The notes: generated by a model from the sequence alone, not told the origin. A DNA stretch of 47,067 nt from Candidatus Gastranaerophilales bacterium (GCA_947626645.1 CANQSZ010000001.1:1-47067); one strand, 5' to 3'; positions 28,523 to 37,883 are shown, counted from the first letter of the stretch. Program-made: numbers and translations.

Positions 28523-30514
28523 TTAAACGCTTGTTGTAAGAGAGGGAGCAATAGAGATAAATCTTCTGACTAAATCAGCATCCCATTGAACACCGGCACC
28601 TTCTTTTAAGATTGCACATGCTTTTTCAATCGGCATGCCCTTTCTGTAAGGTCTGTCGCTGACAAGAGCATGGTAAGCATCGGCAACCGATACAATTCTT
28701 GCCGACAACGGAATTTCATTACCCTTAAGTCCTTCGGGGTAACCTTTTCCGTCAAGTCTTTCATGGTGATATTTAACGATAGGGATTAAATCTTTCAAGG
28801 CTTCGTTAGGTGCCAATACTTTTTCTGCACCGATTACGGGGTGCTGCTTCATAATTTCCCATTCTTCGTCATTCAATTTGCCCGGTTTTTTCAATACGCT
28901 TTCGGGGATACCGATTTTTCCGACATCGTGCAACATTGCACCGATTTTTATTCTTTCCACTTCGGATTCGGGCAGGTTAATTGCGCGTGCAAGTGCTTCC
29001 GAGTACCTTGAAACCGATGTCGAATGACCTTTTGTGTATGGGTCTTTTGCATCGATAGCTCCCGCTAAAGACGTTACCATTTCCATCAGGTGGTTATGGT
29101 TAATTATTTCTTCGTTGTTGAACTTGTGGACAAGTTCTTCTTCAAAGTTTATGCCGATTTGCGAATGACGTTTTGCAAGAACTTCGGCAAACGAGTTAAG
29201 AGCAACATCATCCCAGAAATTAAAATCTGATGAGCTGACAATTGCGGACATCCCTTCTTTGTAGCCTCTTGCTTGGGAAATGAACATGGCTTGTTCTGCC
29301 AGAATAAGCAGTTTTTCCTGATCGCTTGTGCATTCGGGGAATGTTGAAATTCCGACCGAAACTTTGACAGGTCCGACATCATCGACAAAACAACACGATA
29401 AACAGTAGGTTATATATTCGGCAAGATATTTCGCATCTCTTGTGTCGGTATCGGGCATGATGATAGCAATTTCATCCCCGCCGTATCTTCCGGCAGAGTC
29501 GTTTGTTCTCATGTTTTGTTTTACTTTTTCGGCAATTATCTTGATAACTTCATCACCTTTTGCATGCCCCAATTCTCTGTTGATTTTTGAAATGTTGTTC
29601 ACGTCAAACATAACAACAGATAGCGGTGTGTTTTTGTGTTTGGCTCGTGCAAGTTCTTTTGCAAGCACCTCTTGAAATCCTCTGTGGTTATACAGTGAGG
29701 TCAGTGTGTCCGAGTTTGCAAATTTGTTGGTTTGTTCCAAAAGTTGGGCGTTGTGAACAAACATTCCCATATAATTTGATAAAAATGTCATTAAATTGAC
29801 GTTCAAATTGGCAATATGTTGTCCCGCAAGCATTACACCGATACATTTGTTGACCGATATCATCGGGAATATTACCGAATTTGTTTTTGTCAAATAGGGA
29901 TTGTTCAGGTAATTGATGTTGTCTGTGTCAATGATTGTTTTAGTGTTAAAGCTCTTGATTATGGGGTTTTTTTCGTCTGATAAGAATACTTTAGACGAAT
30001 AAGAATTTCCGGAATTGCTGAAAATTTTGAGGTTTAAGCATTTTGATTTTTCATGGAACAGTGCAAAACCGATAAAGCCCCATTTAAGTTTGTTTAAGAA
30101 AATATCGTTCAGTTTTGAAAACAAATCAACCATGTTGTGGTGATATTGAAAAGCATCGGCAACACTTTTCATAATATCAAAATAATTGATATTTCTGCTT
30201 ATTCCGGTGTTATCATCGGTGTTTTTGTAGGTTTTAAGTTTTGATTTTGTCGTATTAAAGTTGTTAATTGTTTCAACAATACTTTCCAAGCTCGATTCTT
30301 CGGCAACGGATATAGGTTTGATGACATCGCTGTTATTTAATGTTTGGATAAGCGTTTTGGGAGCAGGTTGATTTTCGGCGGGGGCATCTTTCGGAACGGA
30401 AATCATTTCAGCACCCTTAATCGGACTTTTTACTTTTCCGATTGGATTTGAGCTCAAGGCTTTTTTAACCTTTTTCTCGGTCTTGTTCTGTTGTTTGTTA
30501 TCAAGTTTTTTCAA
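28523..30514 (-). CDS. Composite c-di-GMP protein: N-terminal GAF-like region, GGDEF domain and HD-GYP domain
   Basis: 663 aa, TTG start. GGDEF domain (DTLTSLYNHRGF, FDVNNISKINRELGHAKGD, RYGGDEIAIIM). HD-GYP domain (GHSTSVSRY, MLHDVGKIGIP, HHERLDGKGYPEGL). Confidence 0.85.
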   Translation of the reverse strand: MKKLDNKQQNKTEKKVKKALSSNPIGKVKSPIKGAEMISVPKDAPAENQPAPKTLIQTLNNSDVIKPISVAEESSLESIVETINNFNTTKSKLKTYKNTDDNTGISRNINYFDIMKSVADAFQYHHNMVDLFSKLNDIFLNKLKWGFIGFALFHEKSKCLNLKIFSNSGNSYSSKVFLSDEKNPIIKSFNTKTIIDTDNINYLNNPYLTKTNSVIFPMISVNKCIGVMLAGQHIANLNVNLMTFLSNYMGMFVHNAQLLEQTNKFANSDTLTSLYNHRGFQEVLAKELARAKHKNTPLSVVMFDVNNISKINRELGHAKGDEVIKIIAEKVKQNMRTNDSAGRYGGDEIAIIMPDTDTRDAKYLAEYITYCLSCCFVDDVGPVKVSVGISTFPECTSDQEKLLILAEQAMFISQARGYKEGMSAIVSSSDFNFWDDVALNSFAEVLAKRHSQIGINFEEELVHKFNNEEIINHNHLMEMVTSLAGAIDAKDPYTKGHSTSVSRYSEALARAINLPESEVERIKIGAMLHDVGKIGIPESVLKKPGKLNDEEWEIMKQHPVIGAEKVLAPNEALKDLIPIVKYHHERLDGKGYPEGLKGNEIPLSARIVSVADAYHALVSDRPYRKGMPIEKACAILKEGAGVQWDADLVRRFISIAPSLTTSV

Positions 30515-30960
30515 AACGCCATCTACCTACTGTTATCTTTATAAACCGTATAGTCAAAAAATTTTGCCAAAATGTTAAATTTTTTTTACATTCTTATACA
30601 ATTTTACCCCCTTTTTCGGTAAAATCAATACTTCAAAAAGATGGAAAACCTTCTTTTCCGTTATTTTTTTGCTAAACCTACTCATTAGAATACTATACCC
30701 ATAGTATAAACTATTTTTTCAAATTTTACCAGTGTTTTTAATACAATTTATAAAATCTCACACCATTGTTTATTTTTTAAATTTATTAAAAAACACCCCA
30801 AAACCGCTCATAAAAATAAATTCGGCAGAAAAATGCGTCTGCTTGAATATGAATTGTGTTAATAAATGTTACAAATTCCGATTTTTTCCTAAAGTTTTTC
30901 ACAAATATTCCGATAACAAATTTGTAAATGTATTACATAAGTTTAAGGAGTGTAGTAAAA

Positions 30961-31170
30961 ATGTCTGACAAAAAAATTATGGATATTGAAGATTTAATGA
31001 TTGATTATGCCGAGATGACCAGCTTTGATTTCGGATCATTATCAAAAGAAGAAATGGACACGTTAAATAAAATTACTAACAGTGAGTATGCAAAAAAACC
31101 ATACGCATTTAAATACGGTAATTTTAAACTAATGGATTTTTTCCATTCGTTATTAACGGATGAAGGATAA
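30961..31170 (+). CDS. Small acidic hypothetical protein (69 aa)
   Basis: ATG 30961 preceded by an AAGGAG RBS. No recognisable domain. Confidence 0.5.
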   Translation: MSDKKIMDIEDLMIDYAEMTSFDFGSLSKEEMDTLNKITNSEYAKKPYAFKYGNFKLMDFFHSLLTDEG

Positions 31171-31197
31171 TAGCTGAAGATTTTGGAGATATGTAAA

Positions 31198-31425
31198 ATG
31201 AACGAGAAAGAATTGTTTGAAGCAGGATGTTTTTTACCGAGTTGGACTGAAGATACCGAAAGTGAAATTCAGGTATTGCAAGTTCACACACGAAAGAATA
31301 AAGACCTTCAAACACTGTTGACCGAATTGTGTGAAATCAAGGAAAGACTCCAAGATATTCAACAACGGCAATGGGATTTAGCAAAATTAGTACATTACCA
31401 CAAAAATAATTTTGCTAAAGATTAA
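31198..31425 (+). CDS. Small hypothetical protein (75 aa)
   Basis: ATG 31198 with a GGAG RBS, 27 nt after the previous stop. Predicted helical or coiled C-terminal half. Confidence 0.5.
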   Translation: MNEKELFEAGCFLPSWTEDTESEIQVLQVHTRKNKDLQTLLTELCEIKERLQDIQQRQWDLAKLVHYHKNNFAKD

Positions 31426-31455
31426 AAAAACGACTACCGGACAGTCTGAACTAAT

Positions 31456-31487
31456 AGCCATAAAAAGTAATTTTTATGGCTTTTTTG
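31456..31487 (+). terminator. Rho-independent terminator after the two small genes
   Basis: AGCCATAAAAA-gtaa-TTTTTATGGCT followed by TTTTTT. A second, weaker bidirectional hairpin lies at about 31499-31527. Confidence 0.6.
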
Positions 31488-31591
31488 TTGCAAAATAAAA
31501 GCCAATCTTTAAGATTAGCTTTTTTTTAAAAATTTGTTCGAAATTCGATTACACTGCCTTCGAACATCATATCCCCCAATGTCCGGTTTAT

Positions 31592-31828
31592 TTAAGCTGT
31601 TTTTAGTTGTTTATCGGGTTCACCTACTGTTTCAAGCAAGGTGTCAATTACTTTGGGCATTTGGCAGATGAACGAATAATTTCCTTGTGCTAAAGAACAT
31701 CTTTTGCAATCGCAGTTAATTGAATAACATTCCAACGCCTGTTCTGTCCAATTTTGGGTTATTGAATCCGACATTCCTTCATTTGCGGGTGAATATAATT
31801 CAATATTCTCGGATATAATTCTGTCCAT
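31592..31828 (-). CDS. Small Cys-rich hypothetical protein (78 aa)
   Basis: GGAGGG RBS upstream of the ATG. Has a CYSINCDCKRCS ... C cluster. No recognisable family. Confidence 0.55.
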   Translation of the reverse strand: MDRIISENIELYSPANEGMSDSITQNWTEQALECYSINCDCKRCSLAQGNYSFICQMPKVIDTLLETVGEPDKQLKTA

Positions 31829-31965
31829 AAACCCTCCGCCGTTCTTATTTTAATACCTGCCCACTATCATTTTAACCGCTCAAGAAAATCTTTTAATCCT
31901 CTATACGTATGAAATTTTTTTGTTATTTATGTTAGAATATTATTTAAGAGCGGGGGTAAAATGTT

Positions 31966-32616
31966 ATGTGGGACAAACTGAAAGAACAGTTTAACTTATT
32001 AAAACTTGAAAAAAAGAAACTATATTTGGTAACAAATTCCGACAAATTTTTATCAAAGGATATATTTGTGGATGCGACGGCATCGGCTTTGCAAGGCGGT
32101 GTTGATATTGTTCAGCTTAATGAATATTCAATTCCCGACAATGTAACGGTTGAAATCGGGCGTAAATTCAGGACTTTGTGCGATGAATTCGGCGCAACTT
32201 ATCTTGTCAATAACAGAGTTGATATTGCAAGAATTACCGAAGCCGACGGAGTTCACTTAGAGCAAGGAGGTATCAGTATTAAAGATGCCAAAGAAATTTT
32301 GGATGAAAATGCAATTATCGGAAAAACCGTTCACAATACACAAGAAGCCTACACCGCCGCTAAAGAAGGCGCAGATTACCTCATCTTAAGACCCGTTTAT
32401 ATCAATCCGTCCGAGTCTGAAACCTTTGATGATAATTGTATTTATGAGGTTAAGAAAAATATTGAAATTCCGATATTTCTTTCTTGTGATATAACTTTAA
32501 ACAACGTAGAGCGGATAGTGCAAAACAACGACATTCACAAAATTGTCGTAACGGATTCCGTTATGTATGCAAAAGTTCCCGAGTTGGCGGCAAGAAAATT
32601 CCTCACATACCTCTAG
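31966..32616 (+). CDS. Thiamine-phosphate synthase-like (ThiE/TMP-TENI family) protein
   Basis: 216 aa. LYLVTNSD, ALQGGVDIVQL and GADYLIL are arranged as in the ThiE TIM barrel. No other thi genes are nearby, and I did not see the conserved TPP-riboswitch core in the upstream gap. Confidence 0.55.
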   Translation: MWDKLKEQFNLLKLEKKKLYLVTNSDKFLSKDIFVDATASALQGGVDIVQLNEYSIPDNVTVEIGRKFRTLCDEFGATYLVNNRVDIARITEADGVHLEQGGISIKDAKEILDENAIIGKTVHNTQEAYTAAKEGADYLILRPVYINPSESETFDDNCIYEVKKNIEIPIFLSCDITLNNVERIVQNNDIHKIVVTDSVMYAKVPELAARKFLTYL

Positions 32617-32690
32617 TTCACTGTTTTTAAGTTTGTTAATAATAATTTTTTATGTATAATGAAAGAAAGTAATATTAAAAAGGAGCGTAA

Positions 32691-34061
32691 ATGTTTGGAG
32701 TAATATTAACGGGCGGGTCAGGCAGCAGGTTGTGGCCTTTATCCAGAGAGTTGTATCCTAAACAGTTTTTGAATTTCAACAATAAAAGCAGCTTGTTAAA
32801 ATCAGCTTTTGAACGCTTGAATAAATTTATACCCGATAACAAAATTATCAGCATAACCAATGTTAAACACCAATCAAACGTCAAAATGCAATTGGGCGAA
32901 ATCGGTAAAAATTCGATTATATTATCCGAACCGGTTTCAAAAAATACTGCACCTGCAATTGCTCTTTGTGTCAAATATATTACCGAAAACAACAAAGACG
33001 ACGAAACAATCCTCGTTATTCCGTCGGATTTGCTTATCGAAAACGACGAAAAATTTATTGACTCAATAAAAAAAGCACAGGATTTTGTAAATCAAGGTTA
33101 TATCGTAACCTTTGGGGTAAAACCGACTTATCCCGAAACGGGATTTGGCTATATTCATTGCGAAAACGGCGAAGTTTCGGAGTTTATTGAAAAACCCGAC
33201 AGTGATACGGCTCAAAAATTTATTCAAAGCGGTGATTATTATTGGAATAGCGGGATTTTTATGTTTAAAGTTTCCGCTGTTGTAAATGAATTTAAAATCC
33301 ATGCCCCCGAAATTTTCGATATTATTCAAAATATAAATTGTTCGGATAAAGCGATTTCTTTTACGGAATTTGACAAAATGCCCAATATTTCTTTTGATTA
33401 TGCCGTAATGGAAAAAAGTAAAAATATTGCAATGGTTGAATTGCAATCGGATTGGACAGATGTGGGTTCGTGGAAATCCATTTATGAAATCAGCCCAAAA
33501 GACGCTAATAACAATGTTTTTATCGGGCATGTTCTTGATAAAGATTCAAAAAATTCTTTTGTATATTCATCATCAAAATTGGTGGCAACAATAGGGTTGG
33601 AAGACACGATAGTTGTGGAAACGGAAGATGCGATTTTAGCTTGCAAAAAAGACCGTTCTCAAGATGTAAAACAGATTTATGAAACACTAAAAGAACAAAA
33701 TGACGACACACAAAAAGTTCATAAAACGGTTTACCGCCCGTGGGGTTTTTATACGGTAATTGCCGCCGGAAAAGGGTTTCAAACAAAAATTATCCATGTA
33801 AATCCGGGGCAGAAATTGTCCGTTCAATCTCATAATTACAGAAGTGAACATTGGGTGGTGCTTTCCGGTACGGCTAAAGTTGTTTTGGAAGGAAAAAATC
33901 ACATCCTTTCTTCGGGGCACAGTATCGATATCGCAATTAAGGCAATCCACTCGCTCCAAAACCCTTATGATGAAGATTTGGAGATTATCGAAGTCCAAAA
34001 AGGCGACATTCTCTCGGAAGATGATATTATCCGATATGAAGATATCTACGGCAGAGTTTAG
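32691..34061 (+). CDS. manC: Mannose-1-phosphate guanylyltransferase / mannose-6-phosphate isomerase (type II PMI)
   Basis: 456 aa. N-terminal ILTGGSGSRLWPLSR nucleotidyltransferase domain. C-terminal cupin (VYRPWGFY ..., QSHNYRSEHWVVLSGTA). Confidence 0.9.
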   Translation: MFGVILTGGSGSRLWPLSRELYPKQFLNFNNKSSLLKSAFERLNKFIPDNKIISITNVKHQSNVKMQLGEIGKNSIILSEPVSKNTAPAIALCVKYITENNKDDETILVIPSDLLIENDEKFIDSIKKAQDFVNQGYIVTFGVKPTYPETGFGYIHCENGEVSEFIEKPDSDTAQKFIQSGDYYWNSGIFMFKVSAVVNEFKIHAPEIFDIIQNINCSDKAISFTEFDKMPNISFDYAVMEKSKNIAMVELQSDWTDVGSWKSIYEISPKDANNNVFIGHVLDKDSKNSFVYSSSKLVATIGLEDTIVVETEDAILACKKDRSQDVKQIYETLKEQNDDTQKVHKTVYRPWGFYTVIAAGKGFQTKIIHVNPGQKLSVQSHNYRSEHWVVLSGTAKVVLEGKNHILSSGHSIDIAIKAIHSLQNPYDEDLEIIEVQKGDILSEDDIIRYEDIYGRV

Positions 34062-34062
34062 C

Positions 34063-34293
34063 TTATGTCCATGTAATCTTATAATCCAGCACTTCTGCTA
34101 TTCTGATTACATCTATATATTTTATTGAACCTCGTGAAAGTTTGTTGTTAATACTTTGCGGGGTAACGGATTTTCCGTATTTTTTGGTCAGCTTTTGCGC
34201 TAAAGATTCATAAGTTAATCCTCTCATCCTTATGTATCCTTTTATTTGATTTCGCATGTTATTTAATAATTTGTCTTTGCTATTCCTAATCAT
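34063..34293 (-). CDS. Small HTH DNA-binding protein (XRE-like)
   Basis: 76 aa (alternative start at Met13). GLTYESLAQKLTKKYGKSVTPQSINNKLSRGS resembles a Cro/C1-type HTH. Start codon uncertain. Confidence 0.5.
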   Translation of the reverse strand: MIRNSKDKLLNNMRNQIKGYIRMRGLTYESLAQKLTKKYGKSVTPQSINNKLSRGSIKYIDVIRIAEVLDYKITWT

Positions 34294-34358
34294 ATTAAAA
34301 TATTATTCGTTTTCATTTATAATGTAAACGAATACAGATAATTTTTTTACTAAATATA

Positions 34359-34490
34359 TTGACTTATATATAAAAACGTGTATAATATAAACGTAACTTA
34401 AATAATTTGTTAATGTAATTTTTTCATTAACAAAATTCTATTATAAAATCCGTTAACAAAGCGAATAGTATTATTCGCTTTTTATTTTTA
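34359..34490 (+). ncRNA. Candidate small RNA: promoter-like site, internal hairpin and plus-oriented intrinsic terminator, with no ORF
   Basis: TTGACT (34359-34364), 16-nt spacer, TATAAT (34381-34386). 9-bp hairpin TTGTTAATG/CATTAACAA. Terminator AGCGAATA-gtat-TATTCGCT (34460-34479) followed by TTTTATTTTT. The T-run is on the plus strand, opposite to recJ. Confidence 0.3.
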
Positions 34491-34494
34491 CGGG

Positions 34495-36849
34495 CTAAAC
34501 GGCAAGAATTTGAGATAAATCGTCTTCCAACAGACTTTTTTGAAATTCTTCACATTCCAAAATTAAATCGAAAATTTGAGAATATTTTTCATTGTGCAAA
34601 ATTTTTGATAAATTATCAACTTTAAAAAATTCAATCGAATAAAAAGCACTGTTTTTGTCCTTAATTTTTAGAAATCCGCTTTCTTCAAAAAGGGTTAAGA
34701 GTTTTTCTACTATATTAACGGAAATTCCCAAAAATCCGGAACACTTGATTAAATCAAACTTTCCGTTGTTATTGTTGGCACAGAATTTGAGCATACCGCA
34801 GAAAGTTTTTAACAATTCCGATTCATCAAGACTTTTCGGCTCGTAATTCATAAAGTGCAGCCCTTTAGGTTGGGCGGTTTCAAGAATTTTATCAAGCGTT
34901 ACTCTGTCCGGCGGATAATCAAAAAACATAACGACATCACATTTGGGAACATCGTTGCGGGTAAAGGTTTTTGAGTAAATTTCGGGATAGGGTTTTATGG
35001 TATCTAAAATATACTTACTTTCCGCAAAAACTTTAATGTTTAATTTTGATGTTTTTATATAGTCGTTAACATTGGGCAAAATGCCTGTTTTAGAGCGATT
35101 GTCGTAGATTTTGTATAAACTTTGCCGCAAAGGTTCTTCATCAATCGCATCGGAATGGATATCGTTAACAACCAGTTGGAGCGTGGTTTCGCCGTTATAT
35201 TCGTTTATTTGAGGATGAAAAGCCAAATCGATGATGTCCCCTTGTTTAAGGTTAACATAACCTTTTTGCCACCATACGGCAGTAAATTCGTACCCGTCAG
35301 CTTGTAAAATCAGTTTCAGATGTGAATTATCGTTACCTAAAAGTATTTTTTGAATGACTTTAAGGTTATTTACGGCAAAAATCGGGGAAGGATTAGATGC
35401 GCCGAAGGGTTCAAGTTTTGCAATTATGTTAGGCAAATCAAATGTTATATCTGCGGGTTCAAGGATTAAATCAATTTTTATAAACGGGTTAAGGTCTTTT
35501 GATGAAGTGTATTCTTTTATAGTATCGCACAGGGCTTTTTTGACTGTTTCAAAAGATGTTTTCTCACCTGAGAAGAACAGACCGGCAGCCATTTTGTGCC
35601 CGCCAAAACCGTCAAAAAGTTCCGAGTTGGCACTGATTACATCATACAACCCCACTCCTTCAATACTTCTTGCCGAACAGCGATATTGGTTTTTTTCTTT
35701 TGAATACGACATTAAGAATACGGGTTTGTAGTATTTTTCAACGAGTTTTGAGGCGACAATACCGATAATTCCGATATGCCAGTTTTCATCATACAAAACG
35801 ATAGCGGGATAGCGGTTGCCTTCTTTTTGAACCATTTTGTCTGCCTGTTCAAAAATTTCCTGACAGAGAGTTTGGCGGACTAAGTTAAGTTCGTTCAGGG
35901 TTGTAATCGCCATTTGGACTTCTTGGGGATTGTCCGAGATGAGGACTTTTAGGGCGGCATCAACGGTGTCAAGCCTTCCTGAGGCATTGATTCTGGGTGC
36001 AACCCCGAAGGCAATATTTTCGGATGTAACCCCTTTTGATACGTTACATCCGGAACTTTCCAAAAGTTTTTTCAATCCTTCGTGTTTTCCTTTGGAAATT
36101 AAATCCAAACCTTTGGTAACAAAATATCTGTTTTCGCCTAAAAGCGGGACAATATCGGCAACGGTTCCGACAGCAACGAATGGGAGCAGCTCGTTTATGA
36201 GTTCGGTTTTTTCATATTTTGCCAAAAGAGCTTGAGCAACTTTGAATGCCACACCGCAGCCTGCCAAATATGTTAAATATTCTATTTGTTTTGCACAAAG
36301 GGTTTCGTTTAAAGCATTGGGGGCTTTTGGGTTAATTATTGCATAGGCATCGGGTAAGATGTCGGGTGCTTCGTGGTGGTCTGTTATAATGACGTCGATA
36401 ATTTTAAAACTGTTGATGAATTTAACCGCTTCGACATCGGAAATCCCGCAATCTACGGAGATGATGACTTTTGGTTTAACGGTTGTCATAAGTTTAATGA
36501 GTGCTTTGTTGTCAAACCCGTGACCTTCGTTTTCTCTGTCGGGAATGAAATAGTGGACATTTGCTTGAAGGTATTTGAGAGTTTTATACAGGATTGAGGT
36601 TGAGGTAACTCCGTCTGCATCAAAATCGCCGTAGATTACAATGGTTTCGTTGTTGTCGATGGCTGATTTGAGCCTTTCGACGGCTTTTTCCATGTCGTTA
36701 AAAACGTAAGGGGATGTAATTTCCATATCTAAAGGGTTAAGAAATTCGTTCATTTCCTGTTCGGTCTTAATCCCGCGAGATAGCAGTAATCTTTTTACCA
36801 ACGATTTTTCTGTTGTTTGAGTTGTATCAAAAATCCATTCTTTTTTCAT
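34495..36849 (-). CDS. recJ: Single-stranded-DNA-specific exonuclease RecJ
   Basis: About 784 aa from ATG 36849 (MKKEWIF). DHH motifs (IYGDFDADGVTS, VDCGIS, ITDHH), DHHA1 (GGHKMAAG), an OB-fold and an extended C-terminal domain. Confidence 0.9.
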   Translation of the reverse strand: MKKEWIFDTTQTTEKSLVKRLLLSRGIKTEQEMNEFLNPLDMEITSPYVFNDMEKAVERLKSAIDNNETIVIYGDFDADGVTSTSILYKTLKYLQANVHYFIPDRENEGHGFDNKALIKLMTTVKPKVIISVDCGISDVEAVKFINSFKIIDVIITDHHEAPDILPDAYAIINPKAPNALNETLCAKQIEYLTYLAGCGVAFKVAQALLAKYEKTELINELLPFVAVGTVADIVPLLGENRYFVTKGLDLISKGKHEGLKKLLESSGCNVSKGVTSENIAFGVAPRINASGRLDTVDAALKVLISDNPQEVQMAITTLNELNLVRQTLCQEIFEQADKMVQKEGNRYPAIVLYDENWHIGIIGIVASKLVEKYYKPVFLMSYSKEKNQYRCSARSIEGVGLYDVISANSELFDGFGGHKMAAGLFFSGEKTSFETVKKALCDTIKEYTSSKDLNPFIKIDLILEPADITFDLPNIIAKLEPFGASNPSPIFAVNNLKVIQKILLGNDNSHLKLILQADGYEFTAVWWQKGYVNLKQGDIIDLAFHPQINEYNGETTLQLVVNDIHSDAIDEEPLRQSLYKIYDNRSKTGILPNVNDYIKTSKLNIKVFAESKYILDTIKPYPEIYSKTFTRNDVPKCDVVMFFDYPPDRVTLDKILETAQPKGLHFMNYEPKSLDESELLKTFCGMLKFCANNNNGKFDLIKCSGFLGISVNIVEKLLTLFEESGFLKIKDKNSAFYSIEFFKVDNLSKILHNEKYSQIFDLILECEEFQKSLLEDDLSQILAV

Positions 36850-36979
36850 AATCCCAAGTCCTTTAAGAAAATAATAGCACATAATTGTTGCATATTAAAT
36901 TATGTAAATTTCTTTTTTATTTATAAAACATGGGCTAATATGATAGAGTGGGAAAAAATCACAAGGAGGAAAAGAAAAT

Positions 36980-37411
36980 ATGAAAAGATTACAAAAAACA
37001 ATATCAATAGCTATGTTAATAATAATGACGACAAGCACAATAGCAATGGCGGAGACGAAATTTACACCGTTGGAGTTTGACGATACGCAGACCCTAAATT
37101 CGACATCGACTACCTATGCAACATCACCGGCAGAACCGAAGGGAACCGATTTGTTGGCACCTGCACAGGTAACGGGCGGAACAAAGATGCAGAATGCTAT
37201 TTTGCAGATAGACAATGCACAGGTCGATGTAAGAAACAGATTGTTGCAGTACAATAACGAATATAACGAAGTAAATTCGAGATACAATTCTACGAAAGAA
37301 GAAAGAAAAGCTGCAAAAAGAAAAGTAAAATTGGCGGAAAAGAAGATAAAAAATTTGGAAAAAACGAAAAAACAGATACAGAAGAATTTTCAAAGAAAGA
37401 ATAATATCTAG
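36980..37411 (+). CDS. Secreted coiled-coil hypothetical protein
   Basis: 143 aa with an AAGGAGG RBS. Signal peptide MKRLQKTISIAMLIIMTTSTIAMA. Lys/Glu-rich helical C-terminus. Confidence 0.6.
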   Translation: MKRLQKTISIAMLIIMTTSTIAMAETKFTPLEFDDTQTLNSTSTTYATSPAEPKGTDLLAPAQVTGGTKMQNAILQIDNAQVDVRNRLLQYNNEYNEVNSRYNSTKEERKAAKRKVKLAEKKIKNLEKTKKQIQKNFQRKNNI

Positions 37412-37436
37412 TTGAAGATAAACAAAAACGGGAGAG

Positions 37437-37469
37437 AAGGACTGTTGATTTTTCGACAGTTCTTTTTTT
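37437..37469 (+). terminator. Probable intrinsic terminator
   Basis: Imperfect hairpin AGGACTGTTGA-tttt-TCGACAGTTCT followed by TTTTTTT. Confidence 0.5.
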
Positions 37470-37747
37470 AATAAACGAACTTGATTTTAAAAAATGTTTA
37501 TAGTAGATTAATTCATGCGAAGCCTATGGAAGCGAGCAAATGGCACTCTGCCGAGCGCAAGCGAGCTGAGGGCGGAAGGTCAAGGCGATGAGCCTTGCCT
37601 GAAGACCCGTTTAATGCGAGCGCAGCAAGACCGGAAAACGATTAAGTATCGTTTTCTGAGAGGCCTGATAAGGGTCTTAAATGCTCAAGAGTTGAAAAAA
37701 GAATATAGATGTGAGAGAATGCAAAAGAAAGCATTTTACACGAATAC

Positions 37748-37821
<74 letters not shown>

Positions 37822-37825
37822 TATT

Positions 37826-37883
37826 AAAAAAAAGACTCCGAAAGGGGTCTTTTTTTAATGATTGCAGTAGGACGAGAACCACA
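37826..37883 (+). repeat. Copy 1 of an approximately 57-bp direct repeat (terminator hairpin plus GCAGTAGGAC...GAACCACA tail)
   Basis: AAAAAAAAGACTCCGAAAGGGGTCTTTTTTTAATGATTGCAGTAGGACGAGAACCACA. Contains the tRNA terminator AGACTCC-GAAA-GGGGTCT (37833-37850) plus its T-run. Confidence 0.85.

Noticed and set aside
30603-30623. TTTACC-N9-GGTAAA between the -35 and -10 of the likely GGDEF/HD-GYP promoter, resembling the HipB operator half-sites
   Set aside because: The spacer is 9 nt rather than 4 nt, which puts the half-sites about half a helical turn further apart, and there is only a single copy. It is probably coincidental, but it could be included in a HipB binding test.
30732-30968. Track ORF 30732-30968 (+, 78 aa) in the long leader
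   Set aside because: It has no RBS and a low-complexity Lys/Phe/Asn-rich translation. Its GTG start codon is poorly supported. It also runs through the AAGGAG RBS and the ATG 30961 start of the better-supported downstream gene.
31829-31965. TPP riboswitch upstream of the thiE-like gene
   Set aside because: The conserved CUGAGA and ACCUGAUCUGGAUAAUGCCAGCG-type core elements are absent from the 137-nt gap.
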